From the IMG/VR virus record IMGVR_UViG_3300044512_000031, positions 1 through 25,477 of that record: 25,477 bases of DNA; one strand, given 5' to 3'. The translations under genes and the position numbers were made by a program. How positions within the stretch are numbered: the stretch's first letter is position 1; every line of letters begins with the position of its first letter. Of this stretch, positions 1-8,050 are shown piece by piece. The notes under the pieces were generated by a model, which was given only the letters and a program-made list of their open reading frames with translations, was not told the origin of the DNA and did no database searches. The stretch is from a virus (Duplodnaviria; Caudoviricetes).

Positions 1-1011
1 AATATTATTGAATCAGTAACAATTGCGTCAACAGGAAATGCGTCAGATTTTGGTGATCTATTAACAGTAAATAAATTTCTTTCAGCAGGTTGCGCTGGTC
101 AGTCTTCAGTACAAAACGAAACAGGTTTTCCTCCTGCTGCTATAGGATTACTTGTAGGCATTGGGGCTTCTGGAGGGCATACAACAATACAGTATTTAAA
201 TATTGCAACTACAGGTTCATTTGCAATGTTCGGAGATATTCATGTTGGTTCAGACTATGATCAAGCCAATGGAACAATAGCAAATGCTACTAGAGGTGTG
301 TTTGCAGAGGGTGCTACTGGAAATACTTATTATTATTCAACATTTTCTACAAAAGGTAAAACAACTAATTTTGGTAATCCTGCGACAAACTCTTTTAGAG
401 GCATAGCTACAAGTAATGGTACTAGAGGATTAAGAGGTGGTGGTTTTAACGGAAGTGCGTATCAAAATAACATTGAATATATTACCATAGCCAGTACAGG
501 TAACGGTACGGATTTTGGTGACTTATCATCAGAAGTTCAATATGGTGCTGCTGCTTCAAGCACAACACGATCTGTGTTTCATTTAGGTGGAACTGGAGGA
601 TCGGGAACTACGGCAGTAAATACTTTAGAATATGTCACAATAGGAAGCACTGGTAACACTACAGACTTTGGTGATTTGACTAGTGCAAGAGATGAAACAG
701 CAGCCGTAAATAGTTCTACAAGAGGTGTATTTGGTGGAGGTGATACTGGAAGTGTATCAAATGTTATGGACTACATTACTCTTGCTAGTACAGGTAATGC
801 AGTAGATTTTGGCGATTTGACAGTGGCAAAAGATAGACATAGCGGTATATCCTCTTCAATAAGAGGTGTATTTACAGATAACGCTGATGGAGACCTGACA
901 GTAGATTATATTACCATAGCTTCTACTGGTAATGGTACAGATTTTGGAGATCCACTAACAAATAGTTATAGAGGTACAGGATCATCCAACTCACATGGTG
1001 GTATAGCTTAA
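1..1011 (+). CDS. Repeat (probable beta-propeller) protein, putative tail/receptor-binding protein; 5'-truncated by the window edge
   Basis: Frame 1 is open from base 1 (NIIESVTIASTGNASDFGDL...), so the track start at 226 is internal. About 7 copies of (I/L/M/V)(D/E)Y(I/V)T(I/L)ASTGNxxDFGD(L/P), mostly 45-50 aa apart, separated by SSxTRGVFxGG segments. This repeat type is seen in marine phage tail-associated proteins. Confidence 0.75.
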   Translation, partial: NIIESVTIASTGNASDFGDLLTVNKFLSAGCAGQSSVQNETGFPPAAIGLLVGIGASGGHTTIQYLNIATTGSFAMFGDIHVGSDYDQANGTIANATRGVFAEGATGNTYYYSTFSTKGKTTNFGNPATNSFRGIATSNGTRGLRGGGFNGSAYQNNIEYITIASTGNGTDFGDLSSEVQYGAAASSTTRSVFHLGGTGGSGTTAVNTLEYVTIGSTGNTTDFGDLTSARDETAAVNSSTRGVFGGGDTGSVSNVMDYITLASTGNAVDFGDLTVAKDRHSGISSSIRGVFTDNADGDLTVDYITIASTGNGTDFGDPLTNSYRGTGSSNSHGGIA

Positions 1012-1018
1012 ATAAAAC

Positions 1019-1047
1019 TTGACAAATGCTTAAAAATATGGTATATC
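1019..1047 (+). promoter_or_regulatory. sigma70-type promoter
   Basis: Perfect TTGACA at 1019-1024, 17-nt spacer, TG at 1039-1040 (extended -10) and TATATC at 1042-1047. It lies in an 85-nt intergenic gap, with RBS AAGGAG at 1082-1087 downstream. Confidence 0.65.
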
Positions 1048-1096
1048 TATATTCCCATTCAGGGGGATACATATACTAATAAAGGAGATAATATAT

Positions 1097-1927
1097 ATGA
1101 CCGATACAAACTTAGTAGTACATGAGTTAAAGGTAAACTTACCTGCTGATGTAAAGCCAGAATACAATACAATGTTAGCTAACATACAGGAAAAGATGCC
1201 AGCAGTTGCTCAAGCTACTTCTAACTTTCATAAATCACACTCACAGTTCATGGGTGTTACATTAGACGTAACTGCAATCACGCCTATTCGATCTGTAAAA
1301 CACACACTAGCTGAGATAGATAGAACTAGAGGTGCATTGCAAGAAGCATACATTGGTATGAAAAAGAAAGAGAATGAACTAAAGAAGAAAGAACGTGACC
1401 TAGAATCATGTGAAGATGATTTAGATCGTGAACTATTAGAAATAGAGATACTAGAAATAGAAGGACACTTAGCAGGTACTAAGAATAGTGTACAGGGTGC
1501 AATCAGAAAGATGTCATTCTTTACTAACCAGTATGATAACCTTATGAAGCACATAGGTAAAGAAGAACTGACTGAAGCTGACTACGAGTTAGAAGAAGCA
1601 CGATATCATATTATGACCTGTATGAAACAGGCACTAAATAGTGCTAGACCTAGAGGTGGTACAATTGATGAGGGTAATATGATCTACCTATTTGATTTAG
1701 GTATCAATGCAGCCCAAGCACAAGCAGAAGTATTTGCGTACCTACAATGGGAAAACAATATTATTAGTGAAGGTAAAGCCCCAACTCATGCTAACACAAT
1801 GGAATGGTTAGAGGCTTGTGCAGATAAGTGGGCAAGTTGTCCTGCTGAGTTTGCAAACAGTCGTGGTTTTGATGTATATGATCCATTGTCATTAACTAAT
1901 GTACCACAATTAGAAGCAGCCGAATAG
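1097..1927 (+). CDS. Hypothetical phage protein with central coiled coil (276 aa)
   Basis: Strong RBS AAAGGAG, long ORF, heptad-like K/E-rich segment (MKKKENELKKKERDLE...LLEIEILEIE). Confidence 0.8.
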   Translation: MTDTNLVVHELKVNLPADVKPEYNTMLANIQEKMPAVAQATSNFHKSHSQFMGVTLDVTAITPIRSVKHTLAEIDRTRGALQEAYIGMKKKENELKKKERDLESCEDDLDRELLEIEILEIEGHLAGTKNSVQGAIRKMSFFTNQYDNLMKHIGKEELTEADYELEEARYHIMTCMKQALNSARPRGGTIDEGNMIYLFDLGINAAQAQAEVFAYLQWENNIISEGKAPTHANTMEWLEACADKWASCPAEFANSRGFDVYDPLSLTNVPQLEAAE

Positions 1928-1941
1928 GAAAGGAAACCAAT

Positions 1942-2286
1942 ATGGCTTATAAAGTATGTAAATATCGGCTCAATGCTGATGGAACAATACCAGATTTCTT
2001 GCATTTCGGGCATAGCCCAATGGGGATGCATGGAGTGTATGTAGTTGTAGATGCCGATACAGCATCACCTAGAGATAATGTTATGATTGGCATTGTTAAA
2101 GATGGTGGTAGCGGTGACTTTACTGAGATTGCTAGTAAGTCTGATCTACAAACTTATCTAACTTCTGTATCAGGAGATTGGACAGATCCAGATCCAGATG
2201 ACCCTGATAGTACTGTAGCATTTGATAATGCAGCTCATGCAACTTTAGTATGGAATGCTTTAGACGCTTGTAACGCTACGTTGTAG
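1942..2286 (+). CDS. Hypothetical protein (114 aa)
   Basis: RBS AAGGA upstream, acidic DPDPDDPD segment, tightly follows the previous ORF. Confidence 0.8.
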   Translation: MAYKVCKYRLNADGTIPDFLHFGHSPMGMHGVYVVVDADTASPRDNVMIGIVKDGGSGDFTEIASKSDLQTYLTSVSGDWTDPDPDDPDSTVAFDNAAHATLVWNALDACNATL

Positions 2287-2297
2287 GAGTTACTGAG

Positions 2298-2534
2298 ATG
2301 GAAGAGATATCACCAGTAATTTTCTGGAACGTAGTATTAACGCTGGTGATTGGCCCAGCCATTTGGATGTTCAGAAATCTCATGGCAGAAGTTAAACGAA
2401 TAGATATACTTCTGAACAGGACTAGAGAAGATTACTCTACTAAACAGGAGTTAAGAGAAGATATGCGTATGGTGTCAGAAGCTCTACATAGGTTAGAGGA
2501 TAAGCTAGATAAGGTATTAGAAAAAAGGTTATAA
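2298..2534 (+). CDS. Small membrane-anchored coiled-coil protein (possible holin/lysis-associated)
   Basis: RBS AGGAG. N-terminal hydrophobic helix (VIFWNVVLTLVIGPAIWMF) followed by a coiled coil (LHRLEDKLDKVL). Function is inferred. Confidence 0.6.
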   Translation: MEEISPVIFWNVVLTLVIGPAIWMFRNLMAEVKRIDILLNRTREDYSTKQELREDMRMVSEALHRLEDKLDKVLEKRL

Positions 2535-2537
2535 ACA

Positions 2538-5500
2538 ATGCAAATGTTTCAAGGATTTAAACCAGAAGGCATGAAGAAGATACAGCAACGTATGGGTTAT
2601 ACTGGCCCTGCTGATCAGTTCCAATCTTATTTGCAAGCTAATCCAGATAAGCAGATGATGATGAATAGCTACGTAAACAAAGCTATGAACATGGCTAGTG
2701 GTGGTTATGTACGTAACTTTCAAGCTGGTGGTTTTAATCTGCCACAAGGTTTTAATCCTGAATCGTATTTAGCATCTAATCCAGATGTAAAAGCAGCTAT
2801 TGATGCAGGTCAGTTTACTAGTGCAGCTGATCACTTTCAAAAGTTTGGTGGTGGTGAAGACAGACAAGATGTAACAGGTTTTTCTGTACCTACAAATTTT
2901 ACTCCTCAAAACTATATTAATCCAGATATCAATCCAGATTTAGCAGTTGATTTTGAGCAAAGAAAACAAGCTGATCCTAATCTTACAGCCCAACAGTACG
3001 CAGTAGAACATTACACAAGGTTTGGCGGTGGTGAAGATAGACCGGGAGTTACAACAGTTCCGGGTTTACCTGATGGACCAGCAGATGCTAGAGATGAAGT
3101 AACGCAACCACCACCAGAAGATGGTACAACAGATCCACAACCTATACAACCTGATCCTAACCGTACATTTGCTACATTTCAAGATTTACAGACTGCACCT
3201 AGAGAAAGTTTAACTCCAGAACAAGTGCACATACTTAACTTTTATTCTAATACTCCCGAACAACAAGAAGCTATAAATGCAATGCCACAATTTAGTAATG
3301 CACAGCTACCTGTTGGACAGTATCAACCGGGTGTAAGAACAGCTGCACCACCACCACCACAAGAAGGAGCAGGTACAGGTACAGGAGCAGGAGCAGGTGA
3401 TACCATATCAGGAGCTACAGGTGTAGGTTCTGTAAATGGTGCAGTGGTGTTATCAAATAGACCAGATGTAGCACAAGCTATAGCAGATGGTAATACTTTT
3501 GGTGTAGACCCAGCTACATTAGAAGGACTAACTGATGAGCAGAAAAATCAAAGATTAGCAGAAGCATGGTTTAATACATTTGGTAATAAAGAAGGTGTTA
3601 ATCCTAATACTGGTTTATCTAATACACCTAGTAATTTTGATAATGTGTCAGATCAAGTAATTATAGACTACCTAGATCAGTACCCAGATTTACGTGAGGC
3701 ATTTGGTGGACCTCCTTACAGTCAGGCCACACTAGCACAAGCAAGATCGCACTATGCTGACTTTGGTAGAAAAGAAATAGCAGAAGGTGGTAGACCCAGA
3801 TTAGTGCAATTTGATTTATCACCTGCACAGCTAGAGGCATTTAGGTATTCTAATGATGAGTATCAAAATCTTACACCTGAAGAGTTACGTAGAACATACA
3901 TAGCTATTGGTGGTGCATCAGGTGCTACTAACTTTGATAGAAATGCACAGATATTAAATGACGCAGAGATGCAGATATATAGAGATAATAATCCTGATCT
4001 TGCAAACTTAAGTGATTTTGAATTAAGGCAACACTTTATACAGTTTGGTAGACAGGAGATGCTACAGGGTACTAGAACTAAAATAGATGCACTTGTACCA
4101 CCAACATCTCCATATGCAGGTTTAACTAGCATAGCAGATATAAGTGCATCTAGATTAGAAACTCCTGTACTAGCAGATGGTACACGTTTAGATGCACAGA
4201 CAATAGCAGGTCCAGATGGTACAATTCCTACAGGTACAGAGGTTAGTACGACAGCTAGTCAATTAAGTGCAACAGATCCAGTAGCTGTTGCTGGTACTGC
4301 ACCTGCACCATCAGGTGCTACAGCTACACAAGAAGGTACTTCATTAGCACAGGTAACAGACACAACTAAAACAGCAACTGGTGTTCAAGATATAACTGAT
4401 GCTACAACAGGACGTACTATGAGCCTGACTAAAGCTAAACCAGATGCAGCACAACAAACTACCTCTGCTGTGACAGGACAGGCTGCTGAGACAGGTACAG
4501 GTATAGCAATTGATCCTAGCACACAAGTACAACGTGCAGGTATAACAACAGCAGAAACAGTAGCTCCTGTTGCAGAAGCATCTGAAGCTGCTAAGTTTGT
4601 AGAACAGATAGTTGCACAGTCTGCTAACCCTACTGCTTCTGCTACTGTAGCTGGACAACTTAGTAACTTACTAACTGACTTTGATGCATCTAATCCTCCA
4701 TCATGGGCTGCTGGTGCAATGAGAGCTGCTACTGCTGAGATGGTTAGGCGTGGATTAGGTTCCTCATCTATAGCTGGACAGGCTATTGTACAGGCAGCAA
4801 TGGAAGCAGCCTTACCTATAGCACAGGCAGATGCACAGATACAGGCACAGTTTGAAGGACAGAACTTATCTAACAGGCAACAGATGGCTGTATTTTATGC
4901 ACAACAACGTGCTAGTTTTATGGGTCAGGAATTTGATCAGGGTTTCCAATCTCGTGTAACTAATGCAGCAAGAGTTGCAGACATTGCAGATAAGAACTTT
5001 ACCGCACAACAACAGGTACAGCTAGAGAATAGTAACATTGTAAACACAATGAACCTAAGTAACTTAAGTAATAGACAAGCTGTACAGATGGCAGAGATTG
5101 CATCACTAGCACAGTTAGATATATCAAACCTTAATAACAGACAACAGGCAGCTGTAATGGAAGCACAAGCATTCTTGCAGAAAGATCTAACTGATGTAAG
5201 TAATGATCAGCAGACTACACTATTTAATGCACAGCAACGTATACAGTCTCTGTTCACTGACAGTGCAGCAGACAATGCACGTAAGCAGTTTAATGCTTCA
5301 TCTGATAATCAGTCAAATCAATTCTTTGCTAACTTAGCTACACAGACTAGCCAGTTTAATGACGCACAAAAGAATGCTATAGCACAGTTTAATGCAGGTC
5401 AACAAGGTACTGTCAGTAGATTTAATGCGGAAATAGAAAACCAACGTGATCAGTTTAATGCACAGAATAGACTAGTCATCGATCAGGCAAATGCGGTATG

Positions 5501-5810
5501 GCGTAGGCAGATAGCTACAGCAGATACAGCTGCACAGAATCGTACTAACGAATTAAATGCTTCAGCTTTACTAGACATATCTAATACAGCTTACAGTGAT
5601 CTATGGCAACAGTATTCAGATATGATTGAATTTGCGTATACCTCTGCTGAGAATGAGCTAGATAGAATAGCATCACTAGCAGAGGCTAATATAAACGCTG
5701 ATACACGTAGAGATATAGCTGATGAACAGAGTAGCACTGCTGCAGGATCAGCAATAGGTAATTTAGTTGGTACACTAGGTGCTGCTTTTATAGGTGCAAA
5801 AATTAAATAG
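2538..5810 (+). CDS. Putative internal virion/ejection protein (1090 aa) with N-terminal YLxxNPDV-type repeats
   Basis: Q/A/N-rich C-terminal half with recurring QFNA motifs, terminal Gly/Ala hydrophobic helix (GSAIGNLVGTLGAAFIG), AxGG motifs near the N terminus, and position in the structural block before two other large ORFs. Confidence 0.65.
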   Translation: MQMFQGFKPEGMKKIQQRMGYTGPADQFQSYLQANPDKQMMMNSYVNKAMNMASGGYVRNFQAGGFNLPQGFNPESYLASNPDVKAAIDAGQFTSAADHFQKFGGGEDRQDVTGFSVPTNFTPQNYINPDINPDLAVDFEQRKQADPNLTAQQYAVEHYTRFGGGEDRPGVTTVPGLPDGPADARDEVTQPPPEDGTTDPQPIQPDPNRTFATFQDLQTAPRESLTPEQVHILNFYSNTPEQQEAINAMPQFSNAQLPVGQYQPGVRTAAPPPPQEGAGTGTGAGAGDTISGATGVGSVNGAVVLSNRPDVAQAIADGNTFGVDPATLEGLTDEQKNQRLAEAWFNTFGNKEGVNPNTGLSNTPSNFDNVSDQVIIDYLDQYPDLREAFGGPPYSQATLAQARSHYADFGRKEIAEGGRPRLVQFDLSPAQLEAFRYSNDEYQNLTPEELRRTYIAIGGASGATNFDRNAQILNDAEMQIYRDNNPDLANLSDFELRQHFIQFGRQEMLQGTRTKIDALVPPTSPYAGLTSIADISASRLETPVLADGTRLDAQTIAGPDGTIPTGTEVSTTASQLSATDPVAVAGTAPAPSGATATQEGTSLAQVTDTTKTATGVQDITDATTGRTMSLTKAKPDAAQQTTSAVTGQAAETGTGIAIDPSTQVQRAGITTAETVAPVAEASEAAKFVEQIVAQSANPTASATVAGQLSNLLTDFDASNPPSWAAGAMRAATAEMVRRGLGSSSIAGQAIVQAAMEAALPIAQADAQIQAQFEGQNLSNRQQMAVFYAQQRASFMGQEFDQGFQSRVTNAARVADIADKNFTAQQQVQLENSNIVNTMNLSNLSNRQAVQMAEIASLAQLDISNLNNRQQAAVMEAQAFLQKDLTDVSNDQQTTLFNAQQRIQSLFTDSAADNARKQFNASSDNQSNQFFANLATQTSQFNDAQKNAIAQFNAGQQGTVSRFNAEIENQRDQFNAQNRLVIDQANAVWRRQIATADTAAQNRTNELNASALLDISNTAYSDLWQQYSDMIEFAYTSAENELDRIASLAEANINADTRRDIADEQSSTAAGSAIGNLVGTLGAAFIGAKIK
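2751..4076 (+). repeat. Protein-level repeat array, about 5-6 copies of YxxxNPD(V/L)...H(F/Y)xxFGxxE
   Basis: Copies at about 2751-2864, 2898-3041, 3447-3597, 3666-3797 and 3975-4076, plus one degenerate copy between the last two. Copies 1 and 2 both end in FGGGEDR with near-identical DNA (tttggtggtggtgaagacaga / tttggcggtggtgaagataga). Confidence 0.8.
3345..3398 (+). repeat. Low-complexity linker (CCA)n plus GGAGCA/GGTACA hexamer repeats
   Basis: Encodes APPPPPQEGAGTGTGAGAG. Confidence 0.7.
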
Positions 5811-5823
5811 GGATACATACATT

Positions 5824-6027
5824 ATGAATACTAATTATACAACAGATGTTTACAAAAAAATAATGAAAACCATGAATGCTCCTAAACCTGAAGTTAAGAG
5901 TAAAGGATTGCTGACACGTAACATGGATACTAAGAAAACATCTACATCACAAGCTGAACCTATAGCTATAATAAAAGAGTATGTAAGTGCTATACAAGAA
6001 GAGAGAGGTAACATAGGCAATGGTTGA
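5824..6027 (+). CDS. Hypothetical protein (about 67 aa)
   Basis: The track start at 5794 overlaps the upstream gene. ATG 5824 follows AGGGA and is in frame. Overlaps the start of the next ORF. Confidence 0.65.
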   Translation: MNTNYTTDVYKKIMKTMNAPKPEVKSKGLLTRNMDTKKTSTSQAEPIAIIKEYVSAIQEERGNIGNG

Positions 6028-6511
6028 TGGACCTAGATTTGATGCACCTATTCCGGGCATGTCATTAACTACAGAGGTAGGCAACAGACCTTGGCAACAA
6101 CCGCCACGTTTTGTTGACACTAAAGATGTAGCAGAATATTATGTAGAAAAATTAGCTGAAGATAATTTTGCTGATATGTTAGTTGATGTAGCAGAGTCAG
6201 GCATTCCACTAACTACAATAGCTAATACAATACAAATGAATAGCGTAATGCAGGGCATACATAGTGTAGACTCTGGTATACTTGCATTACCTGTGATTAT
6301 GGAGATGATGTTAATTACAGTAGAAGCTGCTGGTATAGAGTATAATAGTGGTATGGATGATACTACATCTGATAAACCAATGAGTACCGAATTACTACTT
6401 TCTAAGTTAAAAGATTTTAGTACAGAGCAAATGGATGAAGATCCAAATGATATGCCAATACCAGACATAGAAACAGATACTGGTGGTGGGTTAATGAGCA
6501 GGAGACAATAA
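6020..6511 (+). CDS. Conserved-type acidic phage structural-module protein (163 aa)
   Basis: RBS GAGAGG. N-terminal FDAPIPGMSLT...RPWQQPP motif of a kind seen in marine podoviruses. Its stop codon overlaps the next ATG (TAATG). Confidence 0.75.
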   Translation: MVDGPRFDAPIPGMSLTTEVGNRPWQQPPRFVDTKDVAEYYVEKLAEDNFADMLVDVAESGIPLTTIANTIQMNSVMQGIHSVDSGILALPVIMEMMLITVEAAGIEYNSGMDDTTSDKPMSTELLLSKLKDFSTEQMDEDPNDMPIPDIETDTGGGLMSRRQ

Positions 6512-8049
6512 TGGGATTTGCATCAGGATTACTAGCAGGTATTGCTACAGGAGCAGAAAAAGTTATATCAGCAGATATTGAAGCTGGAAAGTTAGAAACA
6601 AGACAGCTTGCAAAGCTACGTGCTGAAAGAACAATACAACGACAGGATAAACGTGATGCAGAGGTGCGTGAAAATCTAGCCAAGACACAAAAACTAATAG
6701 CTCAAATAGGCGAAGGTGGTATACCTATTGTACGGCACTATATTGAAAAGGGTGGACTACCATATGCTGAAGAAGCTACTGCTAAATTGATAGCATATTC
6801 AAAACAAAATGGCATGACTCCTGCTGATTATGCTGGTATTGTAGTTGGTGAGGGAGATTTACCTACGCCTATGCAGTTAGCAGAGATGGCTACTCCAACA
6901 TCTAGACCTATAGCTATACCTGAATCTTCTGCACGAGGATGGAGTAGAATGTTTGGTATAGGTGGTGAGGACGCTATACGTAGGCAATCAGATAGTTTGA
7001 TACAAGCCGCTGGTTCTACTACTACTAAACCTACTGAATTAGGTGTGTCTATTTTAACAGATGAAAACAGAAGTAAGTTAAGTAAAGTTCCAGAAATACA
7101 ATCTATAAAGGAACAACAGCAGATGATACTAAGAAGATCATTAGATATATCAAAACAATTGCAAACTGCAACAGGAAAAGAAAGAGATAGTCTATTAGAA
7201 CAACAAAGTAAAAATAATGCTTTGATAGATTCTATGCGTAAAGCTAGTGACAGATTTTCAAGTGAAGGTAGGTTTAGTTTTCAAAGTCGTTTTCTAAGAC
7301 TTATGGATGAAGGTAAACCTGCTGAAGCAGAAGAGGTAAGAAAATCAGCAGCACTATTTTTTTCGTCTACTAGTAACTCAAAGACAGTAGGAAACTCTGG
7401 CGGTTTTACGCTTCAGATGATGAAAAGTTTAGAACAGGACGCTGCTGATGAGTTAGGTTATGATAGTAAAAATCCTAATAAAAGTATATATATATATAAA
7501 CCTGATGCTAGTGGTAAAAATGTTAGGGAGATACTAAAAGGACCAGAAGCTACTAAGTATTATCAGGCTTCCCTACTAGAAAAATATAAAAATTTACAAA
7601 ATAATTTAGTTATTGATGGTAGGGATCAAAATTCAGTAACAGCATATAGTATGCTACAAGAAAAAATAAAAAATCTACGTAGTATATTAACATTGCCTAC
7701 AGATGCAGCTAATAATAATAATAATACTATTACTAATGTAGGTAAAATAGATAGAAGTCAAGTAGATGATTTAGGTCCATCAGCAGGTAGAAGTGCACCT
7801 GTTGTAAAATCAGATGTTCCTAAATCAGCTAATCCTGCACAACCAACAGTATCTAGTAAAGTAAATGCTACTATGAAACAATTTGAAACCAATCCTAAAT
7901 TATTAGCTGAGTATACATCAGCAGCAATGAAAGCAGGTAGTAATCCACAACTACGAAATGAACTTGTACTAAACATAAAAAAGGATACAGGTCTTACAGC
8001 TAATGAGGCATTTCAAGTATTTAAATTACTTCAGGGGATGGGGCAATAG
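6511..8049 (+). CDS. Putative internal virion/ejection protein (512 aa)
   Basis: Gly-rich hydrophobic N terminus (MGFASGLLAGIATG), helical/coiled-coil composition, translationally coupled to the upstream ORF. Confidence 0.55.
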   Translation: MGFASGLLAGIATGAEKVISADIEAGKLETRQLAKLRAERTIQRQDKRDAEVRENLAKTQKLIAQIGEGGIPIVRHYIEKGGLPYAEEATAKLIAYSKQNGMTPADYAGIVVGEGDLPTPMQLAEMATPTSRPIAIPESSARGWSRMFGIGGEDAIRRQSDSLIQAAGSTTTKPTELGVSILTDENRSKLSKVPEIQSIKEQQQMILRRSLDISKQLQTATGKERDSLLEQQSKNNALIDSMRKASDRFSSEGRFSFQSRFLRLMDEGKPAEAEEVRKSAALFFSSTSNSKTVGNSGGFTLQMMKSLEQDAADELGYDSKNPNKSIYIYKPDASGKNVREILKGPEATKYYQASLLEKYKNLQNNLVIDGRDQNSVTAYSMLQEKIKNLRSILTLPTDAANNNNNTITNVGKIDRSQVDDLGPSAGRSAPVVKSDVPKSANPAQPTVSSKVNATMKQFETNPKLLAEYTSAAMKAGSNPQLRNELVLNIKKDTGLTANEAFQVFKLLQGMGQ

Positions 8050-8050
8050 T

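Noticed and set aside
469-955. Regularly spaced repeats as a CRISPR array or DGR template/variable repeat pair
   Set aside because: The repeats are in frame, conserved only as protein and differ at synonymous positions rather than specifically at adenines. No cas or reverse transcriptase gene is present.
8003-8050. Track start of the 1124-aa ORF
   Set aside because: It overlaps the upstream gene by 47 nt. ATG 8051, directly after the upstream stop, is more plausible.
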